From contig OZ281497.1 of assembly GCA_965637545.1 (NCBI GenBank), positions 1,054,001 to 1,118,000 of the forward strand: DNA of 64,000 bases, in the 5' to 3' direction. The stretch's first letter is position 1; every line of letters begins with the position of its first letter. Below, in pieces: positions 1 to 11,177 of this stretch. This stretch comes from Phallusia mammillata. Its lineage: Eukaryota. The notes under the pieces were generated by a model. It had not been told where the DNA came from and did no database searches. It saw only the letters and a program-made list of their open reading frames with translations. The position numbers and the translations under genes are program-made.

Positions 1-292
1 TTTCAGTGTTATACAGTGTTAATAAAAATAAAAATAAAAAAGCACGCAACAACAGCCATTCACCAAAAAACACATAGAGGATCTAATTTCAAATATATTT
101 AGTTACTGTCTGAATGTTGAACGGAAAATACAATAGGCAAAAGTTGCCAAAACTGTCAAACAAATAATACTGAGTTTAAGGTTTCATTATGAGTCAAAAC
201 ATTCGCTCCAAACTATAACATGCAGCACATTCTTGGGTTTTGCCGCGTTAAACAGTACACAAAAAAGTTGGCTTGTAGGCAATCAAAAGGTT

Positions 293-2665
293 TCAAACTG
301 CAACAACAGCCCCCTCGTATCTTGGTTCATCCAGATCCATAAAAAGCGACCAAGAATCTGAAACTGGATCAAAAACTTCCACTGATCCAGTTTGACCACT
401 GCAACATATTCAAGTGAAATAAGATATGAAGACAAACAGCAGGATCAACTGAAAAGGCTTAAACAAAACTGTAGATTAAGATTCCAACTCACGATGAGTT
501 TTGTCCACCAATGGCATAAATCTTTCCACCAACAACACAAGCACCATGGAAAGCCCTTCCAACATTCAGAGAACCGGCATATGCCCATTTGTTGGCAGTC
601 AGGTCATAATACTCAACAGAGGACATTGGGTGTTGGCCATTCCAACCACCTATAAGTTAAAATATTTTACCAGTGTTTACTGCTAGCTGTTATTCACTAA
701 AGCAATCATCAAATGACGTTGTGTCCTATATTAATTTGGCTTCTGGTTAAGCTTATATTTGTTTAATACTTTTGGGGGTTAAGAACCTAAAACTAATTTT
801 TAGGCCAAATTTGATATGGCCATGGCATATGAAAAGATTGCCTTGCATAAAATGACCACTGACTGTAAAAAACAATGCTTCAATATATGACAGTGGTTGC
901 CAACCTGGGGTTAAACCCCCTAGCAGTCAATTCGATGGTTCTAAGGAGTCCATGAAGACAAATAATTATAGGCATATTTCAACTAAGGATTTGAGGTGAG
1001 TTTATTTTGCTAGGTGAAACAAATTGTAGCAGCACAATTGCGCTAAAATATTCACCAAGCCATTTCTTGAAAACTTTGAAAAGTTCTTGAAATATGCTAT
1101 AAAATAGTTTGTATTCATGGACCCTCTTAAGGTAAACTTAGCTTAGCCCAGGACTGTATTACCCTAATATATTACTGAGAGGGGTCGGAAGCTATCAAAC
1201 TGTTGTGAACCACTGGTCCATGAGACACGACTTACCGATGGAATAAATCTTTCCATCATAAAGCACACTGGCCAGACCCCATCTTCCCTTCTTCAGCCGA
1301 GTCATGTTTTGCCATTGTCCGATTCTGAAGTCGTAAAATTCACAAGCATGGTTTTGTTGTGAGGAACCACCGATGCAGTACAAAGTATCTGCAACAAGAT
1401 CAAGCTAATTGATTGACTCAATACTTGGTGTAAAGTGATCTTTTTTGTTTCAAGTGTAGTAACTAAACAGGCTTTAGTTTTATCAGCTAGAGCTGGTTCA
1501 TGTGTTTATGTGAGTGTTTAAGGTGGTACTTTTGCTTAACAAAGAGACTGGATGTCCTTTAACATGATTAAATAATAATCACCAATTATGAAAACTATAG
1601 AAAAACACCATCTTACTTTGGTGTGCAATCATACGGAATCCGCTTCTAGTATGCAGCATGTTTGAATGCTTGATCCATTGAATAGAGCCAATATCGAATT
1701 CATCAAATGAGAACAAGGGTTCATCATTCAGTCTTCCCCCAGCAACATAAATGCTCTCTGCAAAATATATATATAACTGGTCTGCCTGTTAACATCGTTT
1801 GATGCAGAAAAACTCGCACCTCCCAAAACAGCTGAAGCAAGACTGTCCCTTGGTTCCAGCAGATCAGGCAATATTGACCATTCTGTCGGGTCATTCATGT
1901 CCAGAGTCTCACAACTTCTATGTGAGTTGTTTCCGCAGGCATCCTCCGCACCACCGAACACAAAAATCTTTGTTCCAACTTTGACGGCTGTTGTTTCACA
2001 TCGGCCCACATTAAGTGACTTTGAAGAAACAAAATATAAAAGGTTAAAGCACAGCCAGATATTTCACAACCAACTTATATTTAAGTTAAAACAAAATGTA
2101 TTTTTTAGGTAAGCATAGATCAGTTCCTTCCTAACTGGGGTCTACAGTCTCTTGTGTCATATTATATTACAGTTTTATTTGATGTTAAAGGTTTAGATAG
2201 CTGTATCAAAAGATACAAATTTGCACTGAACATGTATTGAGCATTATTCCCATGTTTTTAACAAATCACAAGTTACAAAAGAAACAGATTGTTTCAGCAT
2301 GATTAAATTGTTAACAGCTTTATTTGGCTAAAACACATATTCAGCTACTTAAATATTTTTAAATTGGTCAAAAATGAAAAGGAATGGTTAAAAACATATC
2401 ATTAAAAAGTATGGCAACCAGTAAAGTAAAGAAACAGAATAAAAAGCACATAACACTTTTTTATCAATTTACATCTTTTTATGTGTAAACAAACTTTCTC
2501 AAAAGTATAGATTGCCTGAAGTTACATTATTGCCACTATCTTGTACAAAACAAAAATCAATCTAACTTACAGGCAAATTGTGATGTTGTTTTGTGTTAAT
2601 GTCAAACTTCACACAGTCGGTTTCAGCCCCGTCACCACCGACAACAAGAAAGGCATTCGTCGGAT
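293..2665 (-). other. Five Kelch repeats (beta-propeller) of the gene above
   Basis: Repeats FLVVGG, IFVFGG..W..LP..R, LYCIGG..YD..W..R, IYSIGGWNG..VEYYD..KW..R, IYAIGG..VEVFDP..W..PR, spread over five exons with in-frame junctions. Confidence 0.93.
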
Positions 2666-5600
2666 CTGGAAACAACAGTGAAGCGATAACACACCAAGAT
2701 GCTTGGAAACCACAAAACCCACAAAGTTAAGCTTAAATGGGAGTCAATGTGTTTTTTCAGTCGACACAAACCAGTTTATAACGAACAAGCGTTTCGTCCA
2801 CCAGGTGCATATTTAACAAATTTGTCGTTCAACTGGTGTAATGCTAAACACAATACTAGTTGTTGTTTTTTCATTCATATTATTTATTGCTCATAACATT
2901 CATTGCTCTGACAAAAATCTACCATTTTGGTGTGCGAAATGTCAGCAAAAAACGGGTTTTGAAAAAACACTGAGTATTTTGTTTAGCATTACACCAGTTG
3001 AATGACAAATTTGTTAAACAAACTAGCTTGTTAGTATCTTACTGGGTTTGCTTGGTGAGAAATGAACTGCATCACAATTGGATTTCATCTTGTACTTGTA
3101 AACTTTTTTATAAACTCACACAAAAGCTCATAACTAAAAAAACGTTGTTAAGACTGATAACAAATTTGCAGTAAACACCAAATTCTTTGCACAAACAAGC
3201 AATGTGGCATCACTAGCAGTGCAGAAACTAAGTTCTACTGGATGTACATTGTAAAGTTTGTCATTGGAAAAGTCTAGACAGGACGTTATGTACAGAGCAA
3301 ACATGTCTTGTGTTAACGCTTGTGTAAATATGCTTATTCCATGTCAAACACAGTACAAAATTTTACTGCTTTGGCACACAAGTAATAAAATTGCTTGGCT
3401 TTGAAATGGGTTTAAATTTAATTAATCATTTCTGTTTATTATACAATATAAGTAGGATCTTACCCAGCAATATTTGTGAACTTGTTTCATCATTTGAAAT
3501 TCCAACCCTTCGAGATGTGCTCATACCTGTGTAAAGAAACAGAATATTAATTAACAAACAAATAGGCAAACGTCATCATCTGAACCTGTAAGAGCAAAAA
3601 AGTTGGCCTATCTTTAACCATTGTGGCAGTGCATGGCTTGTCCCGGTGTATGTTACAATATACAATAAAGACACAATTTATCTCGAGTGAACAAAGCTTA
3701 CCTTCACCGAAGAGGAGTTTAGGGTTTGTTTCATCGCTCGAATTTGCGAAAAATGGTTGTCGACCTGAATTTGCAATTTCAGCACAGATTTCTGAGTAAC
3801 TTTTGCTTTTGCCTTGTTGTAGTTTTGGTGGTGTGTTATCATCTGAATGGCCATGTATTGCAGCTGCACCCAAAACAATAAATTTATGCATAAATGAATT
3901 AAGGTGTCCATATAATGACATAAAGAGCAGCGGTTCCCAAACTTTTCTAAAAATTTTGCCTGGTGGACCCTTTGTAATTATTCTGATAATTCGCGACCAT
4001 ATAAAAATCAAAGAATGCTATTGGAAAAATGCACAAAACACACCAACAAAACAAAATAGCAAATTCGCTAACTAAAGACTAATATAAAACAGACATTACA
4101 CCCAAGAAAGCTTTATCAACAAATTAAAATCATTGCCGTACATTGTGGACCCTCCAAAAATGACTAATTCTCATGGCAGACCCTCGTACGGACCTCAGTT
4201 TGGGAACTGCTGATACAGAGAGATATACCTATTGGAACTTGATTTGAGTTGAGTTTATTTCGCTGGGTGAAACCAATCGTAGCAGCTGCAGCACTACTGC
4301 GACCTGGTAATTTCGGGTGAGTTTCATCCTCGGAATTTCCAACAAATACTGGTCGGTTTGAATTTGCAATTTCAGCAGAGATTTCTCTGTTACTTTTGCT
4401 TTTGCCACTAGGTTGTGCTTTTGGAATTGTTTCATCTTCTGAGTTTTTTGCACGGTGTTGGTTTTCTAAGAGCATAGAACATACTAACAAGTTAAAAAGC
4501 ACAATTTATCTCAAGTAAACAATGCTTACCTTCACTGAAAAGAAGTTTAGGGTTTGTTTCATCGCTCGAATATACAATTTCATCATCAATTTTTAAGTAA
4601 TGTTTGGTCACCAAATGAGCTGCACCCAAAATCAAGAAATATATGCATAAATGAATGAAGGCATCCATATAATGACATATAGAGAGATATTTACCTATTT
4701 CAGCACTTTGAAAAGTGATTTCTGCAGAACTTTTGCTTTCGCCACTGGGTTGTTGTTTTGGTATTGTTTCATCTTCTGAAGTTTCAACCATTGCATGATG
4801 TTGGGTTTCTAAGACCATAAAACATACTAACAAGTTGAAAAGGTGTCCACAGAATGTCACACATACACATAAATATACCTGCTGGCAGTTTTGGGTGGGT
4901 TTCATCACTTGAATCAAAAGTGGGACCTGGTGAAGCATCTGCAAATACATTTCACATAAGCAGAGACATGTCATATAAAAGCACTTGCTTCGGTAGCATT
5001 ACATTTCAAGAGAGAAGAGATTTCCGTTGCAATGGATTTCAAAACAACCATAAATGAGACTTTTTGTATGGCATAATGTGTAACAGTAATTCTGATGAGT
5101 AGGAACAGCAAAAAAATGTTACAGATGCCATATGCCATAAGAAGTAATGACTCAAATGTGTGACATGTTACATCTGGGCAAACTATTTTGGTGGGGCAAC
5201 CTATAATTGTTAAATTATGTGTTATTCTTACTTGGTGCAATGCTTGGTTGGCTAGAGGGGCTTGAATCATCAGATGACTTAACGTTGACATCTACAAACA
5301 TAAGGACATGGCTGAATGGTGGAAGTATTTACACTTAAATGCAAAAAATACATGCCTTAGTGCAGGTGCAAAACCTGCAGCCACATGCAGTCGCGGTGAC
5401 GAATGTAAGCAGCCATGAATTGATTAAAACTCTTACATATATATTTACATTTGAAAAACCAGTCTAAATGGACTTTACTGGGATGAAAATGTTTATCAAA
5501 GCATTGGACTTTTTGTAAGCCTATTGTTTGTAAATATTTGAATAAAGAGGCAAACAAATGATGTAACAGTATAAAAAAGCTGCAAAATGTGCGACTCAAT

Positions 5601-8476
5601 AGATGGGATATTGAAAGATATATCCTATTTCTTTACATTAGTAATGTATAACTAATAAACATGAAGACAATTAGCTTTACCAGGGAAAGAATTTTTTTTA
5701 AACAAATAGTAGACTGTCAGCAGGATTTTTAGTTCTTTTGTTAGTGCTTTACGGTTTAGTCTTGTGCACGATTCTTTAGCGCTGTTTGTTTTTAGATACT
5801 GATGATGCCTATTACTTGATGACTTCCGACTTTTAAAGTTTTCAATCGGTTAAGACAAGTAGTTTTACCTAACAAGCGCTTGCGGTAACTTTTAGTTGAC
5901 TGTGATTCAGTAGAATTGCCACCAATTGTATCCACTTCCTCTCTTTGATATAGCAGCGGTGGTTCAATGTCTGCAATAATAACAGATGTCACACCACACG
6001 TTTTCACCAAGTACACAATTACCAACTTTGGTTTTGCGCTGCCTGTTGTGGGTTTTCTTCCCGTTCCGCCTCAAACCTGGGCAGGATTTCACTTCCAGTA
6101 GCTAAACATGAAAAACACAGTTTGGTTTTGTCAATGCAAATTTCTGCCTGGTTAAAATAGAATGAAATTTGCCACATAAACACATGCCAATATATCCTAT
6201 TTGTAAATTAAACATAAAAATTCCCTTGAGAATATACTCTTTAGTATTTGCTGTGCTATACATGTCCCATGTGTGTCTTACAACAGTTCAAAAATCTGCA
6301 ATAAAAAAAAACAGCAAATACTTCTATTTTTACTAAGACACTATAAATTAAAAAGCCACATTGAAATGAGGCCTATTAAAAACTAATAGTACAAATTTTT
6401 CTTTCAATCAAAACACATAAGTCTTACTTTTTTCTCTTGCTGACCCATTAAAGTGTATTAGTGGCATTAAGGAGATGTTTTAAATTTATTGTGTAGCAGG
6501 AAAACTCACTGTAAAACATTCCAGTTTCAGAAGAAAATGTGTGAAGTGGAACAGTAGGTTTGTGTTCAGCTGCAGGATGCTTGATTTCCATTTCCTTGAC
6601 AGCATCAGTGACTTGTTGTGAAATAACTGCTGGGTCTTGTTTGGCAAGATGTTGTTGGAATTCATCTCGAACTTCCAGCATGTCAGGTCGGTTAGTGGGG
6701 TCCTGGTCCCAACATCTGGTCATCATCACCTCCATCACTTCAACTATCGCTCTGTCACTCTCACTACACATCAGTTCCTGAATTGCTTCACAATTTGGAC
6801 GAACTCCTTGCTCCAACATATGTCGAAAGTCTTGGTAATCTTGAACTGATGGAAAAGGTATTTCTCGAGTTAAAGTCATGCAATATATCAAGCCACAGCT
6901 GTAGGTGTCTTGTTCCTTCTTCGGTCTGGCGTCGTGCAAAAGCTTTTCAGGAGCTGCATAAATCCAAGTCAGCGCTGGTCTTTCTCTGTTTCTCGGCAAC
7001 TGTATCGTTGTGGACCCAGTGTAGCTTGCGGTTCTCGCGCTACCAAAATCAGCTATCTTGCAGTGCAGATCACATGTTAAGAGGATGTTTTCTGGTTTCA
7101 AATCTCCGTGAATCATTCGCTTTTTCAGTGAACAATTGTGAATAAATGAAACTCCACTTGCAATTTCGGAATTTATTCGAAGCCGAAGAGCTACTCCGAG
7201 GTCCACAAACTCATCAAGTAACAAGGTACACAAATTTCCACCTTCGTAGTATTGCATCACAATGCCCATTGAGCCAGGCCATTTGGTGTATCCAAAAACA
7301 GTCGCTATGTTGTCATGGCGAGATTGAAGCAACATATTGTATTCATGCTTAATTCTGAAAAAAGCAAACACTCAGAATTTAAACAAAGTCACATTTATTT
7401 TCAGAAATGTTTGTTTCTTGCTAATTTTAAAACTATTAGATGAATGACTTTTGTTAGAATTTGATAGACAATAATTTTACTCACAATAAATTGCTAACAT
7501 AGCGCCTTTGTCGTGAAAACACAAAGCCTAAATAAATTAAAACCATTTAAGATTAGTTGGTAATAGGATATTAGGTTCACTAAACCTATACAATGTAGCT
7601 GCAGCATGTTTCAGCCACAATTGTGCCCTTCACTGTTTTGCGCTCCATACTGTTTGCACAGCTAAACAAAACATTGCACAGCTATTGCTGACTTGGTGAT
7701 GGTTTTAGTTCTTTTGTGTTATAATGTTTTTTGTTTCACCGAACAAAATAAACTCAACTTAAGTACGACAGAAACTTTAGCCAAAATACATTAATTATAT
7801 GTTGAGTATTACTTGCACAAACTTTGTTCTTACTTTTTTTCAATGAGCAACTTTTCTCTTTCCCCGCCCATGACTTTGAAACACTTGATGGCCACATATT
7901 GATTGCGTCGATGAAATCCAAGCAGAACGCAACCGAATCCTCCCTGGCCTAACTTGCATAAACCAACATCACAGAGGATTTGCGATGGATAGAACTCATG
8001 GATCTACATAGATATTTATAGTCATAGCCAGGATTGAAAAAAATAAACAAAAAAGGTGAAAAATAGAATAAGAAAGTAAATTGTTCTCGTAGTTTTAGTA
8101 ACAATCTCACCTATTGCTTAAATTTACATTTGTTAAAGTTTTATATGTTGAGCATCTATTTTTTGGTCGCTCGTTTGAGATTAACTGGTGCTTTTTGTCC
8201 ATTATTGTTTTATTATTATACAATTTTTTTCTAAATCATGTTCAGGTTACTTAGCTCTCTGGTGGCAGACATATATATGGACTTTAAAATGTTAAAATAC
8301 AATTGCCAGAACAGCTCTATAAATTTGATATCATGCTTAGCAGTAACAGCTTGTATATATGTGGACATGTACATGCTTCATTTATGTTTTGAGTCGAAAA
8401 ATTTAAATTATTAATAGAAATAAAGTGCATATAGTTGATAACATAGTTAACTTACGAGCTGCTCTTTGGTTGACAT
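293..8476 (-). CDS. Multi-exon gene: RIPK-like Ser/Thr kinase + acidic repeat linker + C-terminal Kelch repeats (~900 aa), no BTB/BACK, death or CARD domain seen
   Basis: Manual splice model keeps one open frame with GT-AG introns: 8476-8456 (MSTKEQL), 8003-7834 (LGQGGFG..VAIK), 7354-6510 (kinase core), linker exons between ~6101 and 3464 all joined by phase-1 introns, then Kelch exons 2665-2571, 2018-1820, 1388-1236, 649-493, 398-293 (stop TGA 293-295). The kinase-Kelch link is inferred from phase compatibility; one linker donor (GTTGGT near 6025) is weak. Confidence 0.75.
2812..3018. mobile_element. Foldback/MITE-like element with ~60-bp inverted arms and TTAA ends
   Basis: ttaacaaatttgtcgttcaactggtgtaatgctaaac (from 2813) is the near-perfect reverse complement of gtttagcattacaccagttgaatgacaaatttgttaa (to 3017). 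Confidence 0.7.
3464..5291 (-). repeat. Tandemly duplicated exon+intron units encoding ~8-9 copies of the S[SE]DETxPK motif
   Basis: SSDETHPKLP, SEDETIPKQQPSG, SSDETNPKLLF, SEDETIPKAQPSG, SEDETHPKLP, SDDNTPPKLQ, SSDETNPKLLF, SNDETSSQ. Flanking intron sequence is also duplicated (e.g. catactaacaagtt at ~4482 and ~4824; gctgcacccaaaa at ~3864 and ~4619). Confidence 0.9.
3928..4212. mobile_element. hAT-type MITE
   Basis: TIRs cagcggttcccaaac / gtttgggaactgctg; 8-bp TSD ataaagag / atacagag; the paralogous empty site (gac-atatagag-agatat) is visible at ~4673-4690. Confidence 0.85.
6510..8476 (-). other. Protein kinase domain (TKL group, RIPK-like, non-RD) of the gene above
   Basis: Motifs LGQGGFGCV, YVAIKCF, IHGDLKPENILL, KIADFGSA, WIYAAPE, QDTYSCG, CWDQDPTNRP; 307-aa ORF 6448-7371 plus two upstream exons. 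Confidence 0.95.
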
Positions 8477-8983
8477 CACATCGCCATTATCAAGAACAAC
8501 TTGCAACTGCTTAAGTACATTTTCGAAACACAGTCATGCAACGGGCCAAAGTCAACTCCTTACGACCGCACGTGTGTGTACCAACTTCCTTCAACACACA
8601 GGTCGTTCCTCATTCAAGACTGTGCGGTCAAGGCTATGACGTCGACAACTTCAAGTGCACTTCGAAACAGAAGTTTTGCAAAGGGGAAATACCGAAATTT
8701 ACCACACGTGTCAATTTGTTTGTTTGTTGACTTGTTAAGTCAACGAAGCAGGTTGTTTACCAGAGCTGGGTGATTTAGTTGAAATCAAAGGATCCGATGG
8801 CCGTCTCGTCCTTTCTGCTATTGTTATTTGCCTTGTCAATTTATTTACTTTTAAAACTTAATAATTCGCAAATGCAAATAAATATGACATCAAATTTATT
8901 GCATTTGTTAATTAAATATTTACCAGTACATGAAAGATGCAAGAAAATACAAGAGAAAGTCCCGTATATGTGTAAGTGCAATT

Positions 8984-9344
8984 CTGGGGTTAACTTGCGG
9001 CCCGGCCTATCGATTAAAGATTGTGCGGCCCGCAGAGACGCTTGGATATCAAATGTACTGAAAAACGAGTCCAATTATTATATATTTTGGGGTAGATTAT
9101 TGGACCCACTGCTATTTTTCTGCGTCCTGGCAATAATGCTGCTAGAATCAAATGCGAATTTTACTTGTTAACTTAATATACTATATGCAACACAGCAAAA
9201 AAGGTGTTATATAAAGGTGCGGCCCGCGGTCTATTCATGGTAATATTTGAGCGCAATTGTGCTGCTACGATTTTGCCCAGCAAAATAAACTCAACTCAGC
9301 TCAATTGTATTTAGCCCCACAGTGACAAAGGTTGCACACCCCTG
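8984..9344. mobile_element. hAT MITE family A copy (reverse orientation, degenerate left end) carrying an AATAAA(CTCAA)n repeat
   Basis: Right end aaggttgcacacccctg; internal gcggcccgcagagacgcttggat matches the reverse complement of the 45443-45750 copy. Confidence 0.7.
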
Positions 9345-11177
9345 ATCTAGTAGCTGCAAGTTTACTTAAGTATTTAGCTGGTGTTCAGGTTAGTTGGGTT
9401 AAACCTGGTAATGTTCACTTCTGCTTACAACAAACCACCCACTGAGTCCTTTGCTGTTGTTTTATTTTTACAGGGTTTGTTTGAAATATAGCGAGGCACC
9501 AAAACAACATGAAAAGTTGCGCGACATAGTTATGCAGGCAAACCACCAATTTGTCAAAATATTTCGATGTTTTTAAGGGATTTTTTTCGAGAAAATAAAA
9601 CTCAGCAAGGCCAACAACTTTCCGCACAAATGTGCAACAGGCATCAGAATGCATTGTGGGAAAATTTTCCCTCGAAAACAAAACTGACAAGTAAATTCTC
9701 TCTGCGAGGAGACACAAAAAATCAAGGACGTCATAGATCGAAATGTTCCAAAAAAACATATGAATACCTTTTTTTTAAACATACTTTTTATCACCAGTTT
9801 TATACATTTCAATTAAAAACTTTTTTTTGAAATAATTATCAACATTTTTGCCAAAATTATTCGAGCATACAAAACGAATAGTGAAATCAAGCAAGCCGAA
9901 ATACAGGGCAATCTTTTCTGCCACATTTTGTTTTTCAAATCAACACTTTTTCAAACATTTTTCTGAAGGCAGGGTTGTATGCAACCAACACAAAGTCTGT
10001 TTGAATCGCACAGGAAATGTGAAATATATACAGCACTCAACAAACATAACACACATCACTGTCAAATTAGGTGGTTAGGTCTTGAATGAGTTTGAGCTGA
10101 AATTTTCTAAACAAAATTATACATGTTTATGACATTAACTTTGAAAAGCAACTGTCCAGTTTTTACTAAATAGTCGGTTTTCTAATTATTTCTATGTCCA
10201 AACAGCGGTGACAAGGTTTCAAAGCGAACACAAAAACTGTGTGGTGACACAACAAAAAAAACGAACAAACAGACCAGTGGACACACAAAACAACAAACAC
10301 ACATTTACTCAGGCACCAACAAGCACACAACAATATACAAACAACATAAATTTGCCTAAACTTTTCACTTTAGGAATTTTCATGTTTCAAAACTAGCAAC
10401 TAAATGAGCCTTAATGCAGGCAAATGGAAATCCTTCGAAGGAAGCTACCTTAAATTTAAAAGCTGCATGTGAAGTGTAGTATGACACCACTAAATTTAAG
10501 GTATAATAAAGGTGAAAAGGACTTGTTTTTTATACTCATGGGGCTAATCTCCCTCTCAAGACACTATGTGTACAATATTTACAAGAGTATGCGTATTAGG
10601 GCAGCATGGAAAGTCATGCAAACAGGACAAACAGATATAGATGTATGTACATGGGGCTTTAGCAAAGGTTTAAGGGAAATAAATATATGTATATACATGG
10701 CGGGGGTAGGGGGTAATATGAACAAAGAAATAATGTGTTCCTAAATGAAAACAAAAATATACATTCTTAACGTGACATACAACAAAGCAGAGCAAATGCT
10801 GCCGTGAATGCAAATACTTTACTTGGGTTTATTGTGGCTCTGTGCTTACACAGATTCAGTATTTCAGAAATCTTTTTTAGCCAATAGTAAAAACATGTAG
10901 GATATAGTTTGATTCTGTTTTCTTTACAATTGAAAAATGTTGTAGGCATAGTTTTGATGTTTATCATATCTTACATAAACTACTTAAATTTCACTAACAA
11001 TTTAACAGCAAACTAACTCAGCATTGAGCAAGAGAATGCATGCTTTGAAGAAAGGAAACATGCATATCATTGTACACAAATCTCAGGCAAGCGTAGCGCC
11101 AAAAAAATACATGCAAACTACAAAAATAATCATCACTAGAAAGATATTGTTTTTATGTTTTTTGTAGGAGAGGATAT

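Noticed and set aside
3043-3110. Possible extra exon (KSNCDAVHFSPSKP) ending in a good GTAAGA donor before the Kelch region
   Set aside because: No canonical in-phase acceptor found, and exon 3526-3464 splices in frame directly to 2665 without it.
5357-5599. Cys/His-containing ORF that looks vaguely like a C2H2 finger
   Set aside because: Spacing does not fit C2H2; it lies in an AT-rich intron without usable splice sites.
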